A DNA stretch of 64,000 bases, from assembly GCA_025055075.1 (NCBI GenBank), contig JANWYV010000045.1, positions 22,423 to 86,422 on the forward strand, given 5' to 3'. Under the pieces are notes generated by a model, which did no database searches, was not told where the DNA came from, and was given only the letters and a program-made list of their open reading frames with translations. Shown here in pieces: positions 19,063 through 29,189 of the stretch. A program made the translations under genes and the position numbers. Numbering within the stretch: position 1 is the stretch's first letter; every line of letters begins with the position of its first letter. Source of the DNA: Blastocatellia bacterium. Lineage in GTDB: Bacteria; Acidobacteriota; Blastocatellia; HR10.

Positions 19063-19986
19063 TCAGCGCGCTTTCGGATGCGCCTTATCGTACACCTCGA
19101 TCAGCTTGTCCGCAGAGACGTGCGTGTAAATCTGCGTGGTCGTCAATCGGGCGTGACCGAGCAACTCCTGAATCGCCCGCAGATCGGCTCCCGCGTTCAA
19201 CAGATGCGTGGCGCAAGAATGGCGCAAGCTGTGCGGGCTGATGCGGAGCGGGATGTCGGCGCACATCTTCGCATATCGCGCGATGATTCGCCCGACGCTG
19301 CGCGTCGTGATGCGCGTCCCTTGGTAGTTCAGGAATAGCGCCCGCGGATCGCGCTCCTCCTCCGACGCTTGAAGCAAGAGTTGGCCCCGCACGCCCAAAT
19401 ACGCTTCCAAGGCCTCCAGCGCCTTCCGCCCGAACGGCACGATGCGCTCCCGTCGTCCCTTGCCGCGCACGCGGATCGAGCGGTGTTTGAAATCCACATC
19501 GTCGATATTCAAATTGACCAGCTCGCTCACCCGCATGCCCGTCGCATAGAGCAGCTCCAAGATGGCTCGATCCCGCTTGCCGAGAACGGTGTCCGTATCG
19601 GGAAGCTCTAAGAACCGGAAGACTTCTTCGACCGAGAGGAACTTCGGCAGCTTCCGTTCCAGCCGAGGCGTGGCCACAAGGCTCGCCGGATTCATCTCCA
19701 GGACGTGTTCGCGGCACAGGTATTTGAAGAAGCTCCGCAGCGTCGCCAGCTTTCGTGCGATCGAACTCTTCTTCTTCTGCTTCGCATGGAGCGAGGCGAG
19801 GAACTCCCGAATGGTGATATGATCAATCTGGCGCACGTCCACCGCGCGGCGATTCCCCTGCTCATCGGCGGGCGCCAAATGGTCGTAGAATTGCAAGAGG
19901 TCAATGCGATAGTTGCGCAACGTGTGTTCGGAGACGTTCCGCTCGTACTTGAGATGGTCGAGAAAGGCATCAATGTACTCTTGCAT
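19063..19986 (-). CDS. xerC: Tyrosine recombinase XerC
   Basis: [37 protein letters not shown]...TTQIYTHV, ending YDKAHPKA. Near trmFO as in many genomes. Confidence 0.88.
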   Translation of the reverse strand: MQEYIDAFLDHLKYERNVSEHTLRNYRIDLLQFYDHLAPADEQGNRRAVDVRQIDHITIREFLASLHAKQKKKSSIARKLATLRSFFKYLCREHVLEMNPASLVATPRLERKLPKFLSVEEVFRFLELPDTDTVLGKRDRAILELLYATGMRVSELVNLNIDDVDFKHRSIRVRGKGRRERIVPFGRKALEALEAYLGVRGQLLLQASEEERDPRALFLNYQGTRITTRSVGRIIARYAKMCADIPLRISPHSLRHSCATHLLNAGADLRAIQELLGHARLTTTQIYTHVSADKLIEVYDKAHPKAR

Positions 19987-20039
19987 GGCGTCCCTCCTCC
20001 GAGGGATTTCTCCGCGCGCCTCCCAACCGACGCCATCAT

Positions 20040-21056
20040 TCACCGCCGCGGGGCATAATAGCCCGCTCGCGCGCGAGCGATGACTCCATCGCGCTTGACG
20101 CGCACGGTCAATCGGCGAAAGGCACCATCGCGCGCCTCATTCGTGCTGTAAAAGCCCAGGACATATTGCGTCCGCAACTGTTCGACGAGCCGAGCGAAGA
20201 TCGGATCCAACTCCTCCACCTGCGTCGGCGAGAAGACTTCGCCACCCGTCTGCCGCGCCAGCAGCTCCAGGGACGTCTCGCCGATCAAGTCGCGAACGTT
20301 CGCTGAGAGGGGCTCGTCCACGTTGATGGCATAGACGGTCGCTCCCACCTCTTGCACGCGACGGAGCGCTTGACCGAGCGTCGCGCGACTGACCGTATCC
20401 CGCCCGTCGGAGAGAATGACGATGGCGCGTCGCCCTTCGATCGTCGCCAAATGCTCCGCCGCCACCACGAGAGCATCGTAGAGAGCCGTCGCCCCCTCAG
20501 CCTTGAGGCCCCGGACGGCGCTCACCAGTTGCGCGACGTCCTCGGTGAAGTTCTGCCGCAAGACGGGCTCCGTGCTCACGGAGATGAGCGCCGCCAAATC
20601 GCGCGGGCGCATGACGGAACGGAAGAAACGCGCGACGGCTTGCTTCTCGAACTCGAGCCGATTCTTGACGCTCAGGCTCGTATCCACGAGGACGACCAGA
20701 CGAAGCGGCAGAGCCGCCTCGCCGCTGAAGAACGCGATCTGCTGCGGCACGCCGTCTTCCAAGATCTCGAAGTCGTCCGGTCCCAATCCCGTGACCCATT
20801 CTCCGCGCGGCCCGAGGACGCCCACCGTGACGAGCACCAGATCCGAATGCAGCGAGATGATCTCCGGCGACGTGGGCTCCTGCGGAAGGGGGACCGACGG
20901 CTTCTCGGACTCTGGCGGCTGAGGACGATGCCCAGGTCGGACGCGCCGAGCCTGCGTGTCCTCAAGCGCCCCCCCCAGCATGATCCTGGGGTCCAGAGCG
21001 AGCCCGATCGCGGCGAGAGCGAGACCGATTCTCAATGCGCGAGTCGCACCTCTCAT
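20040..21056 (-). CDS. VWA domain protein (VWFA-related Acidobacterial type)
   Basis: [43 protein letters not shown] overlap with the trmFO stop gives start 21056. Confidence 0.87.
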   Translation of the reverse strand: MRGATRALRIGLALAAIGLALDPRIMLGGALEDTQARRVRPGHRPQPPESEKPSVPLPQEPTSPEIISLHSDLVLVTVGVLGPRGEWVTGLGPDDFEILEDGVPQQIAFFSGEAALPLRLVVLVDTSLSVKNRLEFEKQAVARFFRSVMRPRDLAALISVSTEPVLRQNFTEDVAQLVSAVRGLKAEGATALYDALVVAAEHLATIEGRRAIVILSDGRDTVSRATLGQALRRVQEVGATVYAINVDEPLSANVRDLIGETSLELLARQTGGEVFSPTQVEELDPIFARLVEQLRTQYVLGFYSTNEARDGAFRRLTVRVKRDGVIARARAGYYAPRR

Positions 21057-22417
21057 CTCGATTCCGCCGAGAGAAGCGATGGGAGGTCCACCCTCACGCG
21101 TCGAGGGGCTATCCACTGCTCGAAATCGCAAAGCGCGCGTTCGATCTGCCGCCGATGGCGTTCCGCCTTGGGGAGCTTTCGCCCTCCCTCTTCCTCCAAA
21201 GGCGGCAAAAGCGCAAAGGTGATGTTGCCCGGTTGAAAATTCTCCGGATCGCTGTGCGCGACGTAGTGCAGGAGGCTACCGAACGCCGTCGTGCGCGGAG
21301 GAGGAACGGGCTCGCGCCCGGCCAGCAGATCGCTCACAAAGAGCGCGACCATCAATCCCGTCGCGATGCATTCCACGTATCCCTCCACGCCACAAATTTG
21401 GCCGGCGAAGAAGAGGCGAGGATCGGCGCGCAATTGCAACGTCTCCGTCAAACAGGCGGGACTGTTGATGTACGTGTTGCGATGCACCATGCCATAGCGG
21501 ATGAATTCCGCCCGTTCCAGCCCGGGAATGAGTCGAAACACGCGCTTTTGCTCACCCCACTTGAGCTGCGTCTGAAAACCGACCAAGTTGTAACTGTCGG
21601 CCAAGAGATTCTCCTGGCGCAATTGCACGACCGCATAAGGGGGTCGCCCCGTGCGCGGATCCACAAGGCCGACCGGCTTCATCGGGCCATAGAGCAGCGT
21701 CTCGCGCCCGCGTCGCGCCAATTCCTCGATCGGCAGACATCCCTCGAAATAGCACGCGCGATCGAAGTCGTGCAGCGCCACCTTCTCCGCTTGCATCAAG
21801 GCGTCGTAGAACCGGTCGTACTCCTCCTTGGTCAGCGGACAGTTCAGATAGTCATCGCCGCCTTTCCCATATCGGGAAGCGCGAAAGACGACGTCGTAGT
21901 TGATCGTCTCCGCATCGACGATCGGGCTGATGGCATCGTAGAAGTAAAGATGTCCTCGCCCTGTCAGGCGTCGAATCTCCTCCGAGAGCGCCTCCGAAGT
22001 GAGCGGCCCCGTCGCAATGATAACGATCCCATCCGAGGGGATGCGCGCGACCTCTTCTCGAATGAGGGTGATGAGCGGATGCGTCGTGATGGCTTGCGTG
22101 ATCCGCTCGGCGAACAGCTCGCGATCCACCGCGAGCGCCGCACCCGCGGGGACGCGACAGGTCGCCGCCAGCCGGATCAACAGCGATCCCGCTCGCCGCA
22201 ACTCTTCCTTCAAGAGATACGACGCCGTCCCCGGCTCATCCGACTTCAACGAGTTGCTGCAGACCAATTCCCCGAGCCGATCCGTCCGATGCGCCGGCGT
22301 CATGCGATGCGGGCGCATCTCGTAGAGACGAACCGGGATCCCCCGCTCGGCTAATTGCCACGCCGCTTCGCTTCCGGCCAATCCCCCGCCGATGATGGTC
22401 ACCGTGGATCGCAGCAT
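21053..22417 (-). CDS. trmFO: Methylenetetrahydrofolate--tRNA-(uracil-54)-methyltransferase
   Basis: GGGLAGSEAAWQ, ELVCSNS, YFEGCLPIE, GPMKPVGL, VGFQT, HRNTYIN, GVEGYVE. Confidence 0.96.
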   Translation of the reverse strand: MLRSTVTIIGGGLAGSEAAWQLAERGIPVRLYEMRPHRMTPAHRTDRLGELVCSNSLKSDEPGTASYLLKEELRRAGSLLIRLAATCRVPAGAALAVDRELFAERITQAITTHPLITLIREEVARIPSDGIVIIATGPLTSEALSEEIRRLTGRGHLYFYDAISPIVDAETINYDVVFRASRYGKGGDDYLNCPLTKEEYDRFYDALMQAEKVALHDFDRACYFEGCLPIEELARRGRETLLYGPMKPVGLVDPRTGRPPYAVVQLRQENLLADSYNLVGFQTQLKWGEQKRVFRLIPGLERAEFIRYGMVHRNTYINSPACLTETLQLRADPRLFFAGQICGVEGYVECIATGLMVALFVSDLLAGREPVPPPRTTAFGSLLHYVAHSDPENFQPGNITFALLPPLEEEGGRKLPKAERHRRQIERALCDFEQWIAPRRVRVDLPSLLSAESR

Positions 22418-22493
22418 GCCGTTATGAGTGTAGCATCGTCCACTCCCCCTCGACAACGACGGGCCGAGGGCTTCTTCCGCACGACGGCTCGAG

Positions 22494-22769
22494 TCACTCG
22501 TCGAGAAATCGCTCGGGATGATCTCGATATTCCAGGGCGCGACGTCGCGTGCGCAAGAAGTTCACAGCCGCCCAGAGCGCGACGACACTGAAGAGCAAGT
22601 AGAGCGGCATGTTGAAGACGCCCATCGGCTGCCAGAATGCATGGATAAGCGCCAGGAGATTCGTCACGCTGATGATGAGCGCGATGATGGCGAGCGCGCC
22701 AAAGAGTGTGGCGCGGCGGGTCAAGGCGACGTAGAGACGTTGGCGCTCGCGCTCCTCCTCAGAAGACAT
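22494..22769 (-). CDS. Small two-TM membrane protein, unknown function
   Basis: 91 aa with two hydrophobic segments; start overlaps the dsbA-like stop. Confidence 0.7.
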   Translation of the reverse strand: MSSEEERERQRLYVALTRRATLFGALAIIALIISVTNLLALIHAFWQPMGVFNMPLYLLFSVVALWAAVNFLRTRRRALEYRDHPERFLDE

Positions 22770-23548
22770 CAGGATGATCCCCCCTCGCGCAAAAGCTCCT
22801 CGATCGTTTGCTGAAAGGCCTCATAGGGCTGAGCCCCGCGCAGCACGCGCATGACGCGGACTTTCTCCCCAGGCTCGGCGAAGCCCACGAAGAACGAGGG
22901 CGTGCCGCGCACGCCCGCCCGTTGTCCCTCCGACAGATCGCGCCGCACGCGCTCGGCGAATCGCCGTCCCTCCAGACATTGCTGAAATCGCCGCGGATTG
23001 AGGCCAAGAGCTTCCGCATGCGCGATGAGATCCTCCCTCTGGAGCGCGTTCTGATGGGCGAAGAGGCGGTCGTGCATCTCCCAGAACTTCCCTTGTTCTC
23101 CCGCGCATCGAGCGGCCTCCGCGGCTTGGAAGGCTTGAGGATGAATCGCCTCCAACGGGAAATCCCGGAAGACGTATCTCACCTTCCCCGTCCGCACGTA
23201 GGCGCGCTCGATCTTCGGAACCGTCTCCCGAACATGCCGCGCGCAGAAGGGACATTGATAGTCCGAGAACTCCACGATCACCAGGCGGGCGTCCTTGGCT
23301 CCTTTGGAAGGCGCTCCAGCGATGTCCAGCACGATCTCAGATGGCGGCTTCTCGGCCACAAAGCGCGGTGTTGAGCGCGGTGCTTCCGCTCGTCGCGCCG
23401 GTGCGGATGCCGGAGGCGCCGTTTCCGTCACTGATCGCCGAGCCGATCGGCCCAAGTATCCAATCCCCCCGACGACCACCACACCCAGAAGGATCAGGAT
23501 CAGTGGAGCGAACACTTGCTCTCGAGTTGTTGGCGGCTTTCCACTCAT
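22769..23548 (-). CDS. Membrane-anchored DsbA/BdbD-family thioredoxin-fold protein
   Basis: EFSDYQCPFC, DFPL..IH, GTP cis-Pro loop, N-terminal TM. Confidence 0.9.
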   Translation of the reverse strand: MSGKPPTTREQVFAPLILILLGVVVVGGIGYLGRSARRSVTETAPPASAPARRAEAPRSTPRFVAEKPPSEIVLDIAGAPSKGAKDARLVIVEFSDYQCPFCARHVRETVPKIERAYVRTGKVRYVFRDFPLEAIHPQAFQAAEAARCAGEQGKFWEMHDRLFAHQNALQREDLIAHAEALGLNPRRFQQCLEGRRFAERVRRDLSEGQRAGVRGTPSFFVGFAEPGEKVRVMRVLRGAQPYEAFQQTIEELLREGGSS

Positions 23549-23585
23549 CGTCGGCTATTTTAGGGTGTCGCTCTCGCTGCGTCAA

Positions 23586-24959
23586 TCACGGCCGCCGTTC
23601 GCCCGGATCATACAGCTCGAATGTCGCTCGCGGACGAGGTGGATTCACGTAGGCCGCGACCAAGCTTTCGTTCCCATCTTTGTCCACGGCCTTTACGCCA
23701 AAGGTCACGGCATCAATGGAGACGCCTTCGAGCACATACTCGTTCACCGGCCCCACGAAGATCTCTCGCTCCCAATCCGGCGCCGTCGTCGCTCGCATGA
23801 CGACGACATATCCGGCCAGGTCCGACTCCGGATTCTCATTCCGCCACCGGAGATGTGCGGCATATCCCGAACGCCCGCGTCCGATCAGCGGCATACCGCG
23901 CTCGGTCGTCACGACGGGCGGCTTCGGCGCCAGAGCGAGACTGGCCGCCACCGCAGCATTGATTCGCGTCACAAGTGTCGTGTACGCCGGCGATGCATTG
24001 GCGAACGTATCGGTCGCCGAATGCTGATGCGCGAAATTCTCGTTCGGCGTCGTCAATCGCACGGCCGGATATCCCTCGTGATTGAAGGGGGTATGATCCC
24101 CACCGCGCCCGAACCGATCGTGCCGGAAGATCATCTCCACGCGCATGGCGGGGACATACAACTCGCCGATGCGCTTGACATATCGCGCCAACTGTCGCGA
24201 GGGCGAATCCGCCGGGTCTTCCGAAAAGACCCAGACGACGCGATTGGCCGAAGCACCATCGCCAGCCACATCGCTGCCGATGATGTCGTTGTTGAGCACG
24301 GCCTCGATGATCTGGCCCTCGCGCCGCGCCTTCTGCGCATAGAGCGTGCTGCCGACCAAGCCCTGCTCCTCACCCGCGAAAGCGATGAAGACGAGCGTCT
24401 TCTCGAACTCATATTGGCTGAGCACACGGGCCAATTCGAGCACAGCGGCCGTTCCACTGCCGTTGTCGGTCACCCCAGGCGCGAAGACGTCCGTCTGCGT
24501 CCAATCCACTTGACCGTCCGGTCCGCGCACGATCGCCAGAGAGTCGTAGTGCGCGCAGATGATGATGCGCCGTTCGGGTTGACGCGTCCCCGGCAAAACG
24601 GCGACGACATTGCGCAGTTCGACATCGCGCACGAGGCGCTGGCCTTGCTTCTTCACGTAGTACGTGTCGAAGCTCACCTGAAGGCGCGGGCTATAGCTCC
24701 GAAATTGCTCGAAGATCCATGCGCGCGCTGCCCCGATGCCTCGCGTCGGATGCGTCGGGTCTGAGAGCGTATGCCGCGTCTCGAAACTCTCGAGCTTTTT
24801 CAAATTCTCGGCGATCCGTTCCTCCGAGATCGCCGCCACGATCTGTTGCACAATCGGATTCACTCGCCCGTAGGGCTCTGCCGCGATCCCGGAGGGCAAA
24901 TCTCTCATCGAACCGATCAAAAGGAGGCTGATCGCGATCGTTCGGCCGAAGTGTCGCAT
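23586..24959 (-). CDS. Secreted M28-family metallopeptidase
   Basis: AHYDS, DNGSG, GEEQGL, NNDIIG, GGDH motifs. Signal peptide from ATG 24959, after GAGGAGGA. Confidence 0.9.
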   Translation of the reverse strand: MRHFGRTIAISLLLIGSMRDLPSGIAAEPYGRVNPIVQQIVAAISEERIAENLKKLESFETRHTLSDPTHPTRGIGAARAWIFEQFRSYSPRLQVSFDTYYVKKQGQRLVRDVELRNVVAVLPGTRQPERRIIICAHYDSLAIVRGPDGQVDWTQTDVFAPGVTDNGSGTAAVLELARVLSQYEFEKTLVFIAFAGEEQGLVGSTLYAQKARREGQIIEAVLNNDIIGSDVAGDGASANRVVWVFSEDPADSPSRQLARYVKRIGELYVPAMRVEMIFRHDRFGRGGDHTPFNHEGYPAVRLTTPNENFAHQHSATDTFANASPAYTTLVTRINAAVAASLALAPKPPVVTTERGMPLIGRGRSGYAAHLRWRNENPESDLAGYVVVMRATTAPDWEREIFVGPVNEYVLEGVSIDAVTFGVKAVDKDGNESLVAAYVNPPRPRATFELYDPGERRP

Positions 24960-25075
24960 TGTCGTCCTCCTCGCGAAAGACTCGGCACACGGAGAGGGAT
25001 TGTACCACAGGTCGAAGCGGAAAGACCTTGCTCGGCGCTTCCTCCGATTGCTATACTTCGCGCCCAGCGCGTCGA

Positions 25076-25924
25076 ATGCGTCGTAAGACCGTGCCGGGAT
25101 CGAAGCGTCGGCCAGGAGCACCGCCGCTCCTAGCGGATCCTCCTCGCACGGATGAGTTCGCACTCCGCGCGTATGGAGTGCGCATCGGTATACGGACGGA
25201 CGATCCGTACGTCTTGGATCGAATCCGCGCGTACCTCCCGCCTGGCTGGAAGCCTGTGGAATCCTCGCGCGTCGAGCGCCTCTATGTCGTTCGCCGCGGC
25301 GCGTCGTCGTCAACCTATATTCTCTACGCCGACGCGCGACAGATGCTTCAGACAGAATCGCTCGAACAACTTCTCTCCAACCTCGCTCTCGATCTCCACT
25401 TCTACATCGCCGAGCGCGCGCGCGACCATCTCTTCATCCATGCGGGAGTCGTCGGCTGGGGAGGGCGCGCGATCGTCATCCCGGGGCGAAGCTCCAGCGG
25501 GAAGACCACACTCGTTCGGGCCCTTCTCCACTGCGGAGCGACGTACTATTCGGACGAGTATGCCGTGTTCGATCGGCATGGGTGCGTCCATCCTTTCCCC
25601 ACTCCGCTTTTCTTCCGCCGAGAGGGCGAGGAGGGAGAGCCGATGTTGATCGAAACGCTCGGCAGTTCGGTGGGGACGGTGCCGTTGCCGGTGGGCCTCA
25701 TCGTGTTCACCGCCTACGATCCGACATGCCAATGGCGTCCCCGGCGTCTCTCCCCGGGCGAAGCCTTGCTCGATCTTCTGTCCCACACGATCTCCGCGCG
25801 ACGTCATCCGGCATTTGCCCTTGCTGTGCTCTCTCGCGTCGCCTCTCGCGCGATCGCCCTCAAGGGAAAGCGGGGCGAAGCCGAGCCGACGGCACAAGAG
25901 ATCTTGAGCCGCGCCGTCCTCTAA
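25076..25924 (+). CDS. HprK-related P-loop kinase
   Basis: FIHAGVVGWGGRAIVIPGRSSSGKTT Walker A and SDE motif of HPr-kinase-like proteins. Confidence 0.8.
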   Translation: MRRKTVPGSKRRPGAPPLLADPPRTDEFALRAYGVRIGIRTDDPYVLDRIRAYLPPGWKPVESSRVERLYVVRRGASSSTYILYADARQMLQTESLEQLLSNLALDLHFYIAERARDHLFIHAGVVGWGGRAIVIPGRSSSGKTTLVRALLHCGATYYSDEYAVFDRHGCVHPFPTPLFFRREGEEGEPMLIETLGSSVGTVPLPVGLIVFTAYDPTCQWRPRRLSPGEALLDLLSHTISARRHPAFALAVLSRVASRAIALKGKRGEAEPTAQEILSRAVL

Positions 25925-26021
25925 GGGAGGTCATGAGCACGCGATTCTCCGGGATCGAAGGGCTGCGCGCGACCTCGTCCAATGAGGCATTTCCAATCGG
26001 CGCTTGCGTTGAGAATCGTCC

Positions 26022-27101
26022 ATGCGAAGAGCGCTTCTCGTCTCCTCCATGTTCGTCGCTAAGGGACAAGGGCAAAAGCGCGGTGCTTTGATCGCGCGCG
26101 CGCTGACCGGATGCTGGCGCGCTACGCCACCGCCATGGGATCTCCGATCTGAGGAGCTGGACGACGTCGGCCAGCTCCTTCTCGACTTCGGGGTCGCCGG
26201 CCTTGTGTGGCACCGGCTTCGCGTCTCGCGCGCAGAGGCCACGCGTTGGACCTTTCGGTTCCATCAAGCCGCTCGCGCGTGCATTCTGCATGCCCTCCAG
26301 CAAGAACGATGGCTCGTTCGCGCGCTCGCTTGCTTCACAGCAGCCGGAATCGAGCCGATCCTCGGAAAGGGATGGGCGGCCGCGCAATCGTACGCGGCCC
26401 CGAACCTTCGACCGTACGGCGACGCTGATCTCTATATCCCTGTCGAGCACGCGGCGAAGGCCTTCGCCCTTCTCAACGATCCTCAATTCCCCCCTTGCTC
26501 TGTGGACCTACACGTGGGATTCGCCGAGTTAGATGATCGCACGCCAGAGCAGTTGTACGCGCGCTCCCGCCGCATTCCGCTCGAGGGAACGATGATCCGC
26601 GTCTTCGGACCGGAAGATCACCTGCGCTTGATGGCCTTGCACCTATTGCGACATGGGGCGCGACGTCCGCTCTGGCTCTGTGATGTCGCTGCCGCGCTCG
26701 AAACGCGGCCTCCGGATTTCGACTGGGAATACTTCCTCAGCGGGGATCGCCAGCGTTCGGAATGGGTGATGGTCGCTCTGGCCCTCGCTCACCAGTTGCT
26801 CGGCGCGCGCATCGAAGATGTGCCGTTCGCGATTGCTCGCCTTCCTCAGTGGATTCCTTCAACCGTCCTCCGCGAATGGGAGAAGCCCTATCATCCCCGC
26901 GTACCGTTGGAAGTGACGTTTCGATCCTTCAGCCTCTTCGTCCGTGAGCTGATCCGGAAATGGCCGAATCCAATTGAAGCGACCGTGACGGCGAGGGGGA
27001 GATTCGACGAAGGGCCGCGCTTTCCGCTTCAACTCGCCGATTGCGTGATTCGCGCGGGACGATGGTTGCGAAGGATCGGTGCTCGACGTTACCGCCCGTG
27101 A
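26022..27101 (+). CDS. Nucleotidyltransferase family protein (NTP_transf_5-like)
   Basis: KGWA...RPYGDADL, VDLH, HLLRHG, WLCD motifs. True start may be 26049. Confidence 0.82.
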   Translation: MRRALLVSSMFVAKGQGQKRGALIARALTGCWRATPPPWDLRSEELDDVGQLLLDFGVAGLVWHRLRVSRAEATRWTFRFHQAARACILHALQQERWLVRALACFTAAGIEPILGKGWAAAQSYAAPNLRPYGDADLYIPVEHAAKAFALLNDPQFPPCSVDLHVGFAELDDRTPEQLYARSRRIPLEGTMIRVFGPEDHLRLMALHLLRHGARRPLWLCDVAAALETRPPDFDWEYFLSGDRQRSEWVMVALALAHQLLGARIEDVPFAIARLPQWIPSTVLREWEKPYHPRVPLEVTFRSFSLFVRELIRKWPNPIEATVTARGRFDEGPRFPLQLADCVIRAGRWLRRIGARRYRP

Positions 27102-27108
27102 CTTTCCT

Positions 27109-27945
27109 TCACGGACGGAGCGCCGCGCGCATCTTCAAGCTCGCGATTCGTTGTCGAACGGCCTCCACGTTGGGCAGATCGGATGGGAAGGAGAAGGCTT
27201 CGGCGCCCGGCACCAATCCCTCGCGAGCTTCTTCGGAGAGCATCTCGGCATGAGCGCTCGCGATCTGCACGTAGGTTTCAAATTGCGCGATCGCCAGCGC
27301 CCACTTCTCCTGTCGCTCGTAGACTTCGCCGAGGTAGTAATGCGCCAGGGGGAATTCGACCGGCGCGCTCAACTCGATAGCGCGCTGCAGTTCCTGTTCT
27401 GCGCGCTCCCATTCCCCTTTCGCCAGATACGCGCGCCCCAGCTCCAGGCGGACCGCTGGCGTCTCGTAGCCCTTCCGAATAGCTTCGCCGAGCTGGGCGA
27501 TCGCATCATCGAAAAGATCGGCATCCAGAAAGACCTTCGCCAGCTCGTAGTGGATGGCCGGATGCGAATACCCTTGCGCAATGGCCGTCTGAAACTCCGC
27601 GATCGCGCCCTTCACATCGCCGAGGGCATAAAAGAGGATTTGCGCGAGCTTGTAGTGCGCTTCGGGGAAGTCTGGTTTCAACGCGATGGCGCGCCGCAAT
27701 TCGGCTGCCGCCAACTCATACTGCCGTTCGTTGAGCAATTGCTCAGCGCGTGCGTAATGGTCTTCGGCGCGAGGAGCGAGCGATCGGCACGCCGCCAGGC
27801 CCCCAAGAACAAGGATCCCCATCACGATGCCGACGCGTCGCGCATGAGTCCACCACAGCGCGTTTCGAGAGATCGCCTCGCTATCGCACCTCGGAGGTCT
27901 CCCTCCGATGGCCTTTAGGCGAGACGTCTCCACCTCACCACCCAT
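27109..27945 (-). CDS. Tetratricopeptide-repeat lipoprotein
   Basis: Lipobox LAAC followed by about 5 TPRs (AHYKLA, IHYELA, AHYYLG). Start is uncertain. Confidence 0.8.
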   Translation of the reverse strand: MGGEVETSRLKAIGGRPPRCDSEAISRNALWWTHARRVGIVMGILVLGGLAACRSLAPRAEDHYARAEQLLNERQYELAAAELRRAIALKPDFPEAHYKLAQILFYALGDVKGAIAEFQTAIAQGYSHPAIHYELAKVFLDADLFDDAIAQLGEAIRKGYETPAVRLELGRAYLAKGEWERAEQELQRAIELSAPVEFPLAHYYLGEVYERQEKWALAIAQFETYVQIASAHAEMLSEEAREGLVPGAEAFSFPSDLPNVEAVRQRIASLKMRAALRP

Positions 27946-28531
27946 ACGGCGAGTAGTACGGGTTCCGCCCGGCCGCGTGATCCGTCGTGTCGAAGATGTT
28001 CCCGACCTCTGGGATGTGCTCGCGGATGATCTCCTCGATCCCCATCTTCAACGTGATGTTCGCCGCACCGCACCCCTGACATCCGCCGCCCATGCGCAAG
28101 AAGACGTCGTTGTCAATCACATCGATCAACTCGACGAACCCGCCATGCATGGCGACCGCCGGATTGATGTAATTGTCCAGCAGCTCCTGGACCTTCCGAC
28201 GAATCTCCTCGCTCGACTGGCGGCGCGCGCGCACTTCTTCAGAGACCGGCGGAACGCCCGAACGAATGACCTCACGAATGGCCGCACCGATTTGCTTGGC
28301 CACCGGTACCCAATCCTCGAAATCTTCCTTGGTGACGGTGATGACGTTCCCCGAGACGAGGACGGCCGAGATGTGCTCGTTCACCGCAAAGATGGCCTCC
28401 GCTATGGGCGAGCCTTTCGCCTCCTCGCGACTGCGAAAATAGGCCGCTCCCTCGTACACCGGACGATCCACCGTGAACCGACATTTCGAGGGATCGGGTT
28501 GAATCTCCGCCATGATTTTGATCTCATCCAT
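27935..28531 (-). CDS. NfuA/NifU-family Fe-S carrier (Nfu_N plus NifU domains)
   Basis: INPAVAMHGG, GGGCQGCG, and C-terminal DTTDHAAGRNPYY. Confidence 0.9.
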   Translation of the reverse strand: MDEIKIMAEIQPDPSKCRFTVDRPVYEGAAYFRSREEAKGSPIAEAIFAVNEHISAVLVSGNVITVTKEDFEDWVPVAKQIGAAIREVIRSGVPPVSEEVRARRQSSEEIRRKVQELLDNYINPAVAMHGGFVELIDVIDNDVFLRMGGGCQGCGAANITLKMGIEEIIREHIPEVGNIFDTTDHAAGRNPYYSPYGW

Positions 28532-28663
28532 CGCGCATATCCTCCGTAGATCAATGCTCACCGGAGCGCGCGCTCTCCCCGCATGCGGATGAGCCGTAGC
28601 TCCGGTTTCCTCGCGCCCCTTGGGCGAGAGCCGATGTCAAAGCGACGACTTGCCGTCTTCCGC

Positions 28664-29176
28664 TCACGACCGACACAGAGTGAAGATGTACCGCAGGATG
28701 TCCTTGATCGAGGCGACGCCGACGGGCGTGCCATCAGGACGAACGACCGGCAACCGACGAAACCCGCCCAGGGACATTTGATGCAAAGCGAAAGCGAGCG
28801 TATCGTCCTCGCGCAAGACGACAGGATGGGGCGTCATGACCTCGCGCATGCGCCGCGTCAGCAAGCGCGTCGGAGCGCCAACCAACTCCAGGAGTGCTCC
28901 GCGTTCAGTGAAGATGCCAACGAGCTTCCCCCCCTCGACGACGAGCACACTCCCGATACGATGTTGCCGCATCAGCTCGAGGGCTCGACCGACCGGTTCC
29001 TCCGGAGAGATCGTCACCGGCGGTCTCAACGGAAGCACGCGAACGGGATCCTCCATCAGGCGCCTTTGCAATCCCTCCTTCGGCTGCGGCAGATCAAGCC
29101 CCATGAGATCATGCATGCACTGCTCGCACACCTCGGCGCCCGGCAGATTCTCATGGCCGCAGCTCGGACAGATCAT
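28664..29176 (-). CDS. CBS-pair protein with N-terminal zinc ribbon
   Basis: MICPSCGHENLPGAEVCEQC followed by two CBS motifs (GIFTER, GGFRRLPVV). Confidence 0.88.
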   Translation of the reverse strand: MICPSCGHENLPGAEVCEQCMHDLMGLDLPQPKEGLQRRLMEDPVRVLPLRPPVTISPEEPVGRALELMRQHRIGSVLVVEGGKLVGIFTERGALLELVGAPTRLLTRRMREVMTPHPVVLREDDTLAFALHQMSLGGFRRLPVVRPDGTPVGVASIKDILRYIFTLCRS

Positions 29177-29189
29177 CGCGATCCTCCAT

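Noticed and set aside
19063..19986. Tyrosine recombinase as a marker of a prophage or integrative element
   Set aside because: It has housekeeping XerC signatures and a trmFO context, with no att repeats, tRNA or phage genes nearby.
26022..27101. MurU partner for the AmgK-like kinase
   Set aside because: It lacks the N-terminal LAAGxGxR sugar-nucleotidyltransferase motif and belongs to the pol-beta-like GDxD family.
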